32,375 nt of DNA from Candidatus Nealsonbacteria bacterium CG07_land_8_20_14_0_80_39_13 (GTDB lineage: Bacteria; Patescibacteriota; Minisyncoccia; Minisyncoccales; GCA-002779355), in NCBI GenBank assembly GCA_002779355.1, contig PEWS01000040.1:1-32375 (forward strand). Direction: 5' to 3'. The position numbers and the translations under genes are program-made. Positions within the stretch are counted from its first letter, which is position 1, and every line of letters starts with the position of its first letter. This document shows, in pieces, positions 1 through 9,608 of the stretch. Below the pieces are notes generated by a model, which saw only the letters and a program-made list of their open reading frames with translations, had not been told where the DNA came from and searched no databases.

Positions 1-365
1 CAGGTTTTTGGCAGTCCTTAGGGCAGGTAATGTTGGTCTCGTTACTTTCGCAGACACCGTCGCCACAGATGATAGGCTTTGGGCAGTCTCCTTGACAAGT
101 GGCGTTGGTCTCGTTGCCTTCGCAGACACCGTCACCGCAGACAACAGGTTTTTGGCAGTCCTTTAAGCAGGTAACGTTGGTCTCGTTACCTTCGCAGACT
201 CCGTCACTGCAGACAACAGGCTTCAGGCAGTCCTTGGGACAGGTAATGTTAGTTTCATTACCTTCGCAGGTGCTGTCACCGCAGATAATTGGCTTCGGGC
301 AATCCTTGAAGCACGACTCATACGTCTCCAGTCTTTCGCACTTACCATCTCCGCACACTGTTGAA
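1..365 (-). repeat. 72-bp coding tandem repeat (about 5 units, continues off the edge)
   Basis: GGCA(G/A)TC recurs at 10, 82, 154, 226 and 298, a period of 72 bp (24 aa). Confidence 0.9.
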
Positions 366-871
366 TTTATCGGAATGCCGGCGTTTTTAGTTCCACCACT
401 ACTGCTACTGCTACTGCTACTGCTACTGCCACCACTATAATAAGTGGGGCAGACTGCATCAGATCCATCGCAATTTTCATCTATTCCGTTGCCACAGACA
501 TCTGTAGCTTCGGGATGAATTGTAGCGTTGTTGTTATTGCAGTCGCCGGAGACGTTGACGTATCCAGCTGGTACCGTTACGTTACACAACATAGTTGTGT
601 TGTTCCCACTGCCATAGCCATCGCCGTCGGCGTCTCTGTAGCGGATACAATATGTTTCGTCAACGGCGCCGTTACAATTATCGTCAATAGTGTTATTCGG
701 TATTTCTACCGTATTACACACTATTGTAACGTTCACCTCCGCATAGGCATCTAAGCCACTTGCGTTGGTTATGTTGCAATTGCCGGCGCAATTATCAGAA
801 TAAACCCCCTGTGTCAATATCGCTAATAGCATTATTGACAAAAAAATTTTCAGGTTCATTTTATCCATCAT
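1..871 (-). CDS. Secreted Cys-rich surface protein with MopE-like metal-binding repeats, Ser linker and 24-aa CGDGVC repeats (runs off left edge)
   Basis: Not in the ORF track. Hand translation from ATG 871: MMDKMNLKIFLSIMLLAILTQGVYS (signal peptide) ...YRDADGDGYG...GDCNNNNATIHPEATDVCGNGIDENCDG...SSSS...(CGDGVCEGNETNVTCxKDC)n; open to position 2. Confidence 0.85.
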   Translation of the reverse strand, partial: MMDKMNLKIFLSIMLLAILTQGVYSDNCAGNCNITNASGLDAYAEVNVTIVCNTVEIPNNTIDDNCNGAVDETYCIRYRDADGDGYGSGNNTTMLCNVTVPAGYVNVSGDCNNNNATIHPEATDVCGNGIDENCDGSDAVCPTYYSGGSSSSSSSSSSGGTKNAGIPINSTVCGDGKCERLETYESCFKDCPKPIICGDSTCEGNETNITCPKDCLKPVVCSDGVCEGNETNVTCLKDCQKPVVCGDGVCEGNETNATCQGDCPKPIICGDGVCESNETNITCPKDCQKP

Positions 872-878
872 CTTTCGT

Positions 879-2021
879 CTAACAGAGATCTACTCTTGCG
901 ACAGAGTAAAATCTGATTTTCACTGTTCCTGTAGTGGGGAAGACTTTATTCCACGACATGAAAATACTTTCTCCGGGATTCACAATTAGGATCGTGATCG
1001 ATTGTCCCAAGTCTGGAGAACTGACATACACGTCTTTTAATGGGACGTTTCCGTTATTTGCAATAGATAAATTGCAAATTGTCGGGTTTCCCAGCAAGAC
1101 TCCCGTAGAACAAGTGGCGTTAGCGATATTTAAATCAACTATTGTCATATTCCCGTCTCCGTCTTCATCAATACCGTTGTTCCAGTAGGCGGGGTTACAA
1201 CGCTCCCATTGACAGTTTTCATCAATAAGTCCATCGCAGTCGTCGTCAATACTGTTGCCACAAACCTCTGTCGCTCCTGGATGGATTGTGACATTATGAT
1301 CGTTGCAATCACCCGAGACATTAACATAACCGGTTGGTGGCGTTGCGTTGCATGTCGTTATTCCATTTGACGCATTGCCATATGTGTCGCTATCAAAATT
1401 TTGGTAATACGTGTAAAGGGTTAATCCTTCATCTGCGCTACCATCGCAATCGTCATCAATATTATTGCATGTCTCTGGCACACCGGGATGAATTAGTGCG
1501 TTGTTGTCGTTGCAGTCGCCCGAGACGTTGCTGTATCCCACGGGAGGGGTCGTTTCACAAAACATCGTCGCCGTCGTTATTCCATAACCATCGTCATCGG
1601 CGTCCCTATAATAGGCATAACCGCACCTCACCATCTGGAGGTTCACTAATGTATAACTGTTTCCATCGGGAATTACTCTGATTACACTAGCATTCCCATA
1701 ATCCGCCTTTTGAGCTGTCACGGTTATTTGCCCTGTAACATTCAGTACGAACTCTACGGTTCCGTTTCCGTTTGTGATGCCCGTTATATTTACAATGGTT
1801 ACGTTTACGCCCGCTAATGGCACTGACCCGTTGGATAAGTCTTTTACGGAAACGCTTATCGTCGCGTTTGCCGCACTTACCGCCGAGCTCATTACCACCA
1901 CCAACACCAGCATCAGCATCATTCCGCTGCCGTTTCCGCCATTTCCAATTCCTCCTTTTTTTGTCGCTTCCGCTACGACCAGCCCTAGGGGCGTTGCCCC
2001 ATGCCAATTTCCTTTTTGCAT
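879..2021 (-). CDS. Secreted protein with carboxypeptidase-regulatory-like N domain, MopE-like repeats and a CARDB-like C-terminus
   Basis: Hydrophobic signal MMLMLVLVVVMSSAVSA; two YxDxDxDGYG...GDCND...HPGxxExCxxxIDDDCDG repeats. The true start may be a downstream Met. Confidence 0.8.
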   Translation of the reverse strand: MQKGNWHGATPLGLVVAEATKKGGIGNGGNGSGMMLMLVLVVVMSSAVSAANATISVSVKDLSNGSVPLAGVNVTIVNITGITNGNGTVEFVLNVTGQITVTAQKADYGNASVIRVIPDGNSYTLVNLQMVRCGYAYYRDADDDGYGITTATMFCETTPPVGYSNVSGDCNDNNALIHPGVPETCNNIDDDCDGSADEGLTLYTYYQNFDSDTYGNASNGITTCNATPPTGYVNVSGDCNDHNVTIHPGATEVCGNSIDDDCDGLIDENCQWERCNPAYWNNGIDEDGDGNMTIVDLNIANATCSTGVLLGNPTICNLSIANNGNVPLKDVYVSSPDLGQSITILIVNPGESIFMSWNKVFPTTGTVKIRFYSVARVDLC

Positions 2022-2073
2022 TTTTTTATCAAGGTACTCATAGAGTAAGATATTTTATTACTCTATAGATTAA

Positions 2074-2135
2074 AGTATAATCTTGATTGATAGATTTGTC
2101 AAGCTATTGACAAAAAAAGAGCCTTATGCTAACAT
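2074..2135. promoter_or_regulatory. Back-to-back divergent sigma70-type promoters
   Basis: Minus strand: TTGACA (2102-2097), N17, TATACT (2079-2074). Plus strand: TTGACA (2107-2112), N17, TAACAT (2130-2135) with extended TG. Confidence 0.7.
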
Positions 2136-2189
2136 ATTAAATATTAGGGGTTAATAATTTATTATAAATTTATTATAAAAATAAAAAAT

Positions 2190-4331
2190 ATGTTTAAAAA
2201 AATCATACAAATAGTAACATTACTTATAGTTGGTCTGTTTTTTACGGTTGGTCAGGTTTCAGCGGCTGATAATCCGACAAGCGGGACATTAACCGCTTCG
2301 ACTAATTCGGCAGTTGTCGGAACTAATGTAACTGTAACTATTACAGCTTCTGACGGCGATGGGATAGAAAAGGTTTGCTTGACCGATTGTAAAGATTGTC
2401 AAAATGCGACAAATTGCGCGCAATCTTGGCAAATAACTCAAGCTGTAATAGGGTCGTTTTACGCCGAAGCCAGTGTTTGCGCGAAAAATGCGGATACAGG
2501 CGTTAATGAATGTTCAAGGACTAATCCGGAGGGCATAAGCATTGATTTTTCCGATTTGACTGTTTCGTGTTCGGCGAGTCCGAGCCCGGTTCAGACGAAC
2601 AATAACGTAACCTTTACAGCTACAGTTTCCGGCGGAACAGGAACGTATTCTTACGCTTGGACGGGGGATTGTACAGGAACCAATCCAACTTGCGCTAAAT
2701 CATTCAGTTCGGCAGGAACTTTTACTCCGACTTTAACTGTTGTTTCCGGAACAGAAACAAAAACAGTTAGCTGTTCTGCAGTTGTTCAATCAGGTTCAAT
2801 TCAGTATATTTCCGTACCCCAATATATTCCGGCATCATGTAACGGTTGTGGTTCTTGCGGGAGTGGTTCTTGTAATGGTTACAGCAATCACAGTTATTCG
2901 CAATGTTACGATGAAGATGTCTATTGGTATTGTTCTAATAATATAAAAAATGACAAGAAAGAAGAATGCGGAAGCGATTCTTGCGACCAATGGACCAATT
3001 ATTGTTCAAGTGGCAATGTTTATAAAAAAAGAAATTGTTATGATCGGGGGTGTAATAACGCCGCTTGTTTCTCCACCTCAAAAGCAGAAAGTGAGTTTGT
3101 GGAAAACTGTAGTTCGCTTGGCTGTGAAAACGGAAAATGTGTTGTTAAGCCGGCTTGCGAATGTTCTTTCGGCCCATGTTGCGATGGGTGTTATTACAAG
3201 CCTTCAACTTCAATTTGCGAAACAAAAGTAGAAATTCAATATGGCTGTCCTTGGGGAACGGGGTGCGGAGCTGATGTGGCCAAGAGGTCAAACAGCACAT
3301 TTCGCTATTGTTCAGGAGCAAGTAATTTGTGTCTTGGCGAATGGAAGCAGTCTTTGAAGCGGACAAGTTGGACAGTGGTTGATTATTGTTCAGTCGGCGA
3401 GACGTGCTCTGTCGGCAAATCAGCCTGCTCTTATAATTCAGCCTGTACAAGACCTGTAAATACTTATATTAAAAATTATACAAAAAAGTGTTCAGAAGAT
3501 AATCTTTTTTGGTACGATTCCAATAATTTGAAACAGGGAAAATATCGCGATTGCGCCGATGAAAACGACTGTACCTCTGACAGTTGCGATAATAATAAAT
3601 GCGCCAATGAATTGAAATGCGACGGAACAGCCTGTTCAGTCGGTTCAGATAGTTATTGCGAGAGTTGCGAATCTTGCGGAGATGACGTTTGCAACTGCAA
3701 CGAAACTCCTTGCGGATGTCCGGCTGACTGTAAAATATCAGGGCTTTCGGTTTCTGTTTTATGCAAAGAAGCAGGGGAGTCAACCGACTGGAGTAAAGAC
3801 ATAAAGGCCTCTCCTTCAAGCAAGCTGGATGTTCTTTTGGTCGTTACCAATAGCGGACAAGATGATTTGGAAGATGTTTCTGTGGAGGTGAATTTACCCA
3901 AGGAACTCAAATACCAAAACGATCTTAAAATTGGAGGGGATGCCTATAAAGGAGATATCGCCTTAGTTAATGTCGGAGATTTGTCTTCAGGTTCTTCTAA
4001 AACGATAACCTTGGGAGTGCTCACCGGCAGGATTTTGGATGATTCTGATTTTTCTATAGCCGGAACTGTGAGCGATGGGAATTTAAAGTCTTCTGATTCG
4101 GTTAAGATTTCTTTAGCGGGAACAGGCGCATCCGGAATCGCAACTGTTTTCTCCGGCACAGCTTTCTCAATTTCTCAATGGCAAAATTGGCAATATCTTT
4201 TCTGGCTGGCGACAATCGCTCTTGTAGCTTTTGGGGCATTTTATATCTTCCCCATTGTGAGAAAAAAGAAAAAAGAGGCGATGCTTAAAGACATCATTAA
4301 AGGAGTAGCTTCCGCCGACAAGTTATTATAA
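2190..4331 (+). CDS. Cys-rich membrane-anchored surface protein (PKD-like and DUF11-like domains, C-terminal TM)
   Basis: Signal peptide; VSGGTGTYSYAW PKD/Ig-like motif; many Cys clusters; VVTNSGQDDLEDVSVEVNLPKEL DUF11-like; TM helix followed by RKKKK. Confidence 0.8.
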   Translation: MFKKIIQIVTLLIVGLFFTVGQVSAADNPTSGTLTASTNSAVVGTNVTVTITASDGDGIEKVCLTDCKDCQNATNCAQSWQITQAVIGSFYAEASVCAKNADTGVNECSRTNPEGISIDFSDLTVSCSASPSPVQTNNNVTFTATVSGGTGTYSYAWTGDCTGTNPTCAKSFSSAGTFTPTLTVVSGTETKTVSCSAVVQSGSIQYISVPQYIPASCNGCGSCGSGSCNGYSNHSYSQCYDEDVYWYCSNNIKNDKKEECGSDSCDQWTNYCSSGNVYKKRNCYDRGCNNAACFSTSKAESEFVENCSSLGCENGKCVVKPACECSFGPCCDGCYYKPSTSICETKVEIQYGCPWGTGCGADVAKRSNSTFRYCSGASNLCLGEWKQSLKRTSWTVVDYCSVGETCSVGKSACSYNSACTRPVNTYIKNYTKKCSEDNLFWYDSNNLKQGKYRDCADENDCTSDSCDNNKCANELKCDGTACSVGSDSYCESCESCGDDVCNCNETPCGCPADCKISGLSVSVLCKEAGESTDWSKDIKASPSSKLDVLLVVTNSGQDDLEDVSVEVNLPKELKYQNDLKIGGDAYKGDIALVNVGDLSSGSSKTITLGVLTGRILDDSDFSIAGTVSDGNLKSSDSVKISLAGTGASGIATVFSGTAFSISQWQNWQYLFWLATIALVAFGAFYIFPIVRKKKKEAMLKDIIKGVASADKLL

Positions 4332-6233
4332 ATTAGTTTTTTCTTCTATTTCTTTCTTTAGTTTTTGGATAAAATCCTCTATCTTTATCGCTCCCAAGTC
4401 TTTATTCTTGGAGCGGATGGAAACGGAATTGGCTTCAATTTCTTTGTCTCCGATAATTAAGATGTAGGGGATTTTTTCCATTTCAGCCGCTCTGATTTTC
4501 TTGCCGAGGGTATCGTTTTTTTTTTTGACTTCTACACGGATATTATTCTTTTTCAGCTCATCAGCTGTTTTCTGGGCAAACTCCAGATGTTTTTCACTTA
4601 TCGGTATTAAGGAAACTTGGACAGGGGATAGCCATAAAGGGAACGCTCCGGCATAGTGCTCTATTAAAAGCCCTAAAAATCTCTCAAAAGAGCCCATTAG
4701 CGCCCTGTGGAGCATGAATGGCTGCTCTTGTTCGCCCTTAGAGTTAATAAAGGTCATATTGAACCTTTCCGGCAAATTGAAATCAAATTGTAAGGTTGAG
4801 CATTGCCATTCCCGTCCGAGAGCGTCTTTTATTTTGTAATCTAATTTCGGACCGTAGAAGGCAGCTTCTCCTTCCTGTTTCTCGTATTCAATATTTAATT
4901 CTTTAGCTACTTTTTCCAAAACTTCTTCGGTAAATTTCCAGCCCTTTTCATTGCCGGCATATTTGTCCTTATTTTTCCTGTCCCTCAAAGAGAGATATAT
5001 TTTGTAGTTCTTGAAACCGAAAGCTTCAAAATATTCTTTAATGAAGTTCGCCACCCTTTTTAGTTCATCTTCAACTTGTTCTTTGGCGCAGATGATATGA
5101 GCGTCGTCTTGAGTGAATCCTCTGACCCTGGTCAGTCCGGAGAGTTCGCCTGATTTTTCATAGCGATAAACCGTTCCGCATTCAGCCCAGCGTAGAGGAA
5201 GTTCTTTGTGGGAACGGAGCTCTGATTTATAAATCCTTACATGGAAGGGGCAATTCATCGGCTTAAGCAAATATTCTTCTTTTTTTACTCCTTCTTTTTC
5301 TTTTTTTCCTTCTGATTGCTGATAGTCTTTCAATGATTTGCTTACTTCAAGAACGGGATACATGCTGTCGTTGTAAAAATTCCAATGGCCTGATTGCTCC
5401 CATAAATTTCTGCTGCCGATATGAGGGGATCTGACTAATTGATAGCCATTGTTAAGGTGTTTTTTGTACCAAAAATCCTCAATTATTCTCCAAAGGAGAG
5501 CGCCTTTTGGTTTCCACATCGCCAAACCCAACCCGACAACAGGGTCAAGCAGAAACAGGTCTTTTCCGATTACCCTATGATCTCTTTTTTCCGCTTCATC
5601 CATCATTTTTGAGTATTTCTCCAATTCCTCTTTTGTCTCAAAAGCCAAACCATAAATCCTTGTCAGCATTTTATTCTTTTCGTCTCCCTTCCAGTAGGCG
5701 CCGGCTGTTTTTGTCAATTTAAAACTGCCATCGACAATTTCTTCGGTATTTTTTATATGAGGGCCCTTGCACAGATCAATGGAATCTCCGCTCTCGTAAA
5801 CAGAAATTGTTTTATCGGTCAATTCCTTTATCAATTCCAATTTATAGGGCTGTCCGCGGAATATTTTTTTAGCTTCTTTTTTGGAGACGATCTTCTTTTT
5901 GAATTTAATATTCTGCTTAATCAATTCCCTCATCTCTTTCTCAATCTTTACTATGTCCTCGGGCGATAGTCCGAATTTTTGTTTTAGGTTTGGGATTTGT
6001 CGTCCAGAGGACGACCTCGGCCAGAGGCTGACCAGCCTTTGGCTGGAGCCTCTGGCTGGGGATTTGGGATTTGGGATTTGGGATTTAACGATTTTGACTT
6101 CAGAAAAGTCAAAATCGTAATAGAATCCCTTATCTATTGCCGGCCCGATGCCAAATTTAACTTTCGGGTAAAGTTTTTTAACCGCCATAGCCATAATGTG
6201 AGCGAGCGAATGTCTTGCAATTTCTATGTTCAT
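4326..6233 (-). CDS. thrS: Threonine--tRNA ligase (short N-terminus, with repeat-derived insertion)
   Basis: RHSLAHIMA, GFYYDF, DLCKGPH, KPMNCPFH, RVRGFTQDDAH, QCSTLQFDF, HRA..GS.ERF motifs. Confidence 0.98.
   Translation of the reverse strand: MNIEIARHSLAHIMAMAVKKLYPKVKFGIGPAIDKGFYYDFDFSEVKIVKSQIPNPKSPARGSSQRLVSLWPRSSSGRQIPNLKQKFGLSPEDIVKIEKEMRELIKQNIKFKKKIVSKKEAKKIFRGQPYKLELIKELTDKTISVYESGDSIDLCKGPHIKNTEEIVDGSFKLTKTAGAYWKGDEKNKMLTRIYGLAFETKEELEKYSKMMDEAEKRDHRVIGKDLFLLDPVVGLGLAMWKPKGALLWRIIEDFWYKKHLNNGYQLVRSPHIGSRNLWEQSGHWNFYNDSMYPVLEVSKSLKDYQQSEGKKEKEGVKKEEYLLKPMNCPFHVRIYKSELRSHKELPLRWAECGTVYRYEKSGELSGLTRVRGFTQDDAHIICAKEQVEDELKRVANFIKEYFEAFGFKNYKIYLSLRDRKNKDKYAGNEKGWKFTEEVLEKVAKELNIEYEKQEGEAAFYGPKLDYKIKDALGREWQCSTLQFDFNLPERFNMTFINSKGEQEQPFMLHRALMGSFERFLGLLIEHYAGAFPLWLSPVQVSLIPISEKHLEFAQKTADELKKNNIRVEVKKKNDTLGKKIRAAEMEKIPYILIIGDKEIEANSVSIRSKNKDLGAIKIEDFIQKLKKEIEEKTNL
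6000..6059. repeat. Two nested 30-bp double-palindrome elements inside thrS
   Basis: tcgtccagaggacga cc[tcggccagaggctga ccagcctttggctgg]agcctctggctgg, embedded in a (GGATTTG)n run. Confidence 0.9.
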
Positions 6234-6267
6234 AATTTTATTATTTTATTGTATTAATTAACGAATT

Positions 6268-6297
6268 TTCGCCAGGGGCGGATCGGCCTTTGACCGA
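6268..6297. repeat. 30-bp double-palindrome element, intergenic
   Basis: ttcgccaggggcgga + tcggcctttgaccga, flanked by aacgaatt / aacgagtt. Confidence 0.8.
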
Positions 6298-6351
6298 AAC
6301 GAGTTTCTGAATTAACTTATTTATTATATCAGAAACCCTCCTTTTTTCCAC

Positions 6352-9300
6352 TTATGGTTTTTTTGTCAGTTCACGGGCTTCGTCGCAGATTACTTTCGGG
6401 GAGTCGCCCCTGAAATCAACGCTTCCGACGATAATGACGATTTTATTTTCCTGAAACAATTGAGGATTCTTTTCCATTATCTTAGGGAAGACAACTATTT
6501 CCAACTTGCCGTCAGCATCCTCAATATTCAGAAAAAGCATCGGCTTTCCGGTTTTGGTGATTATTTTTTTAATTGCGCCGATAACTCCCCCGACTTTTAC
6601 TTTTGTCCCGCCGATATAGTTTTTTATTTTTGAAAGAGGGGTAGTGTATTTCAATAATATATCCTGAAATCCATCTAAAGGATGAGCTGTTACAAAAAGA
6701 CCGAGAAGTTCTTTTTCCCATTTTAATTTTTCGTGTTCGGAAATAGGCTCAATTTTATCCAAGCGGAATTCAGTATTGTTTTTTTTCTCGCTTTCCATCG
6801 CCCCAAAAAGGCTTTTCTGCCCGTTGGACTTCATTTTTTTGTTTTCTCTGCCATACTCAAGCAACCTTTCTACATTATGTAAGAGTTGTCCCCGCTCGCC
6901 GAATTTTTCAAAAGCCCCTGCCTTGATCAGGCTTTCCAATGATTTTTTATTAAGATCTTTTGATCTGGCGCTGACGCGGTCAACGAAATCAAATACTGAA
7001 TTATAGGGTCCGGAGCTTTTTCTCTCTTGGATGACTGTTTCCATTATATTTTCGCCGACATTTTTTATCGCCAAAAGTCCGAAGCGGATTTGTTTGGGGG
7101 GGACAACGGTAAAATTCTGCAAGCTTTCATTTATATCCGGAGGAAGAACTTCAATTCCCATGCTTTTGGCCTCTGATATCAGGAAGCCGATTCTTTCCGT
7201 ATCGTTTCTTTCTGAAGTTAAAAGAGAGGCTGTAAATTCAGTTGTGAAATGAGCCTTCAGATAAGCGGTTTGGTAGGCAATCATAGCGTAGCAGGTGGCA
7301 TGGGATCGATTGAAAGAATAGTGGGCGAATGGTTCTATCCAATGCCATATTTTTAAAGCGACGCTTTCGTTGATGCTGTTTTTCTTCATCCCGTCAACGA
7401 ATTTTTTCTTCTGTTCCATCAGAAGTTTTTCAATTTTTTTGCCGATGGCTTTTCTTAAGACATCAGCTTCAGGCATGGAAAAGCCGGCCAAGTCCTGGGC
7501 GATTTTCATAATTTGCTCCTGGTAAACGGGGATGGAATAGGTGCTTTCCAGAATCGGTTTCAATTTCGGATGGAAATAAGTAAGGTCTTTTTGTCCGTGC
7601 TTGCCGGCAATATATTCCGGAATAAGAGCCATCGGCCCCGGACGATATAAGGCAACCATAGCGATAATATCTTCAATATTACTCGGTTTTAATTGTTTTA
7701 GGTATTTTCTCATTCCCTCGCTTTCCAGCTGGAATACTCCGACCGTAAGCCCTCTTTGGAGAAGTCTATAAGTTTTTTCATCGTCAAGAGGGATGTTTTC
7801 CAAATCAATATTCTTTCCTTGAACCTTGTATATTCTGGAAAGAGTGTCTTCGATAATGGTCAGGTTTTTTAATCCCAAGAAATCCATCTTCAATAATCCC
7901 AAGTCAGCCACAGCATGCATTTCGTATTGAGTGACAATGATTTTATCGTTTTGGGTCGGATGCTGCAAAGGAATAATTTCGTCCAAGGGCTGATTAGAAA
8001 TAACAACCCCGCAGGCATGAGTAGAGGCGTGTCGGACAACCCCCTCCAATCTTTTAGCCAGATCAATCAGCTTGCGGGCTTTTTGGTTTCCCTCGTAAAG
8101 TTCCCGGAATTTAGTTACGCTGGCCAATGTTTTTTCCAAATCAAGGCCGAAAGGAATCATTTTCGCCACCACATCGCAGTAGCTGTACTCATATCCCAAA
8201 ACCCTTCCCACGTCTCTGATTCCGGCTCTGGCGGCTATTGTTCCGAAGGTGATAATTTGAGCTACCTTATCTCGACCGTATTTTTCAGAAACATATTCAA
8301 TTACTTCATTTCTGCGCCGGTCGTTGAAATCAAGGTCAATATCAGGCAGTCCTTCAGCTCTTCCCGGATTTAAAAATCTTTCAAATAAAAGATTGTATTT
8401 TAAAGGGTCAACGTTAGTGATGTTGACGAGGAAGGAAACCAAAGAGCCGGCCACCGAACCTCTTCCCGGTCCGACCACGATTCTGTTTTTTTTGGCCCAA
8501 TTGACGAAATCTTGGACTATCAGAAAGTAAGAAGCCAGCCCCATTTTTTGGATAGCTGAAAGTTCGTATTCCATTCTTTCCAGAATCTTACTTCTATCTC
8601 CTTCCGGATACCTTTTTTCCACCCCTTCAAGGCAGAGTTCCCGTAAGTATTCGTCAGGGGTTTTTCCTGAAGGGACTTCAAATTTAGGCAATTTTATCTC
8701 CCCCAATTTGAATTCAAAATTGCAGGCCTCGGCGATTTTCCCGGTGTTTTCAATCGCTTCCGGAGTTTCCTTGAAGTCTTCAGCCATTTGCTCCGGCGTT
8801 CTGAAGGAAAAATCGTCTTTAATCAGGGTTCTTCTTTCCGGGTCGTTAAGATTAGCGCCGGTATTGATAAGCATCAGTACATCCTGGACTTCAGCGTCTT
8901 CCGGTTTCAGATAATGGACATCGTTTGTGGCCACCAGAGGGATATCCAATCTTTTGGAGAGAGCGATTAATCCTTCGTTAGCTTTTTCTTGGCCATCAAG
9001 GTTTTTATGTTTTTGTAGTTCCAGATAAAAATTTTCTTTGCCGAAAATTTCTTGGTATTTGAGGGCGGTTTTTTCCGCTTCGTCCATTTTATTATTAATA
9101 ATCATCCTCGGGATTTTCCCTTGAATACAGGCGGAGAGGGCGATCAATCCTTCTGAATATTGGGATAATAATTCTTCGTCAACTCTTGGTTTGTAATAGA
9201 ACCCTTTTAGGTGAGATTGGGTTATTATTTTTACTAAATTTTTATATCCTTTTTCGTTTTTGGCCAATAAAATCAAATGGTATCTTTTGTCGTCAATGTT

Positions 9301-9543
9301 CGGCCTCTCCTGGCGCATGCTTTCAAAGGCAACATAAACCTCACAGCCGATTATCGGTTTAATACCCCTTTCTTTAGCTTTTTTACAGAACTCAACAGCC
9401 CCGTAAATATTGCCGTGGTCGGTTAGGGCGACTGAATCCATTCCTAATTTTTTGGCGTAATCCAAAAGCTGGTCAATCTTGGGCAGGCCGTCAAGGAGAG
9501 AGTAATGAGAGTGCACATGCAGATGAGTAAATTTCTTATTCAT
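6352..9543 (-). CDS. dnaE: DNA polymerase III alpha subunit
   Basis: PHP domain HLHVHSHYSLLDG, GPGRGS, PDIDLDF, GLLKMDFLGL, C-terminal OB fold. Confidence 0.99.
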   Translation of the reverse strand: MNKKFTHLHVHSHYSLLDGLPKIDQLLDYAKKLGMDSVALTDHGNIYGAVEFCKKAKERGIKPIIGCEVYVAFESMRQERPNIDDKRYHLILLAKNEKGYKNLVKIITQSHLKGFYYKPRVDEELLSQYSEGLIALSACIQGKIPRMIINNKMDEAEKTALKYQEIFGKENFYLELQKHKNLDGQEKANEGLIALSKRLDIPLVATNDVHYLKPEDAEVQDVLMLINTGANLNDPERRTLIKDDFSFRTPEQMAEDFKETPEAIENTGKIAEACNFEFKLGEIKLPKFEVPSGKTPDEYLRELCLEGVEKRYPEGDRSKILERMEYELSAIQKMGLASYFLIVQDFVNWAKKNRIVVGPGRGSVAGSLVSFLVNITNVDPLKYNLLFERFLNPGRAEGLPDIDLDFNDRRRNEVIEYVSEKYGRDKVAQIITFGTIAARAGIRDVGRVLGYEYSYCDVVAKMIPFGLDLEKTLASVTKFRELYEGNQKARKLIDLAKRLEGVVRHASTHACGVVISNQPLDEIIPLQHPTQNDKIIVTQYEMHAVADLGLLKMDFLGLKNLTIIEDTLSRIYKVQGKNIDLENIPLDDEKTYRLLQRGLTVGVFQLESEGMRKYLKQLKPSNIEDIIAMVALYRPGPMALIPEYIAGKHGQKDLTYFHPKLKPILESTYSIPVYQEQIMKIAQDLAGFSMPEADVLRKAIGKKIEKLLMEQKKKFVDGMKKNSINESVALKIWHWIEPFAHYSFNRSHATCYAMIAYQTAYLKAHFTTEFTASLLTSERNDTERIGFLISEAKSMGIEVLPPDINESLQNFTVVPPKQIRFGLLAIKNVGENIMETVIQERKSSGPYNSVFDFVDRVSARSKDLNKKSLESLIKAGAFEKFGERGQLLHNVERLLEYGRENKKMKSNGQKSLFGAMESEKKNNTEFRLDKIEPISEHEKLKWEKELLGLFVTAHPLDGFQDILLKYTTPLSKIKNYIGGTKVKVGGVIGAIKKIITKTGKPMLFLNIEDADGKLEIVVFPKIMEKNPQLFQENKIVIIVGSVDFRGDSPKVICDEARELTKKP

Positions 9544-9608
9544 GGCAGTATTTTAGCACTTTAACATTCTAATGTTAAAATTTTCGCAATAAAAAACGTT
9601 GAATTAAA

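Noticed and set aside
1..365. Regularly spaced repeats as a possible CRISPR array
   Set aside because: The whole 72-bp unit repeats with codon-position variation, there are no unique spacers, it is protein-coding, and no cas genes are present.
99..754. Plus-strand ORFs 99-440 and 515-754
   Set aside because: Antisense shadows of the real minus-strand gene starting at 871.
5997..6257. Plus-strand ORF across the thrS insert as an element-encoded peptide
   Set aside because: It is antisense to thrS; the openness follows from stop-free repeats and there is no independent support.
6352..9543. Intein or repeat insertion in dnaE
   Set aside because: Length and motif spacing are ordinary; no intein signatures or 15-bp palindrome pairs were seen.
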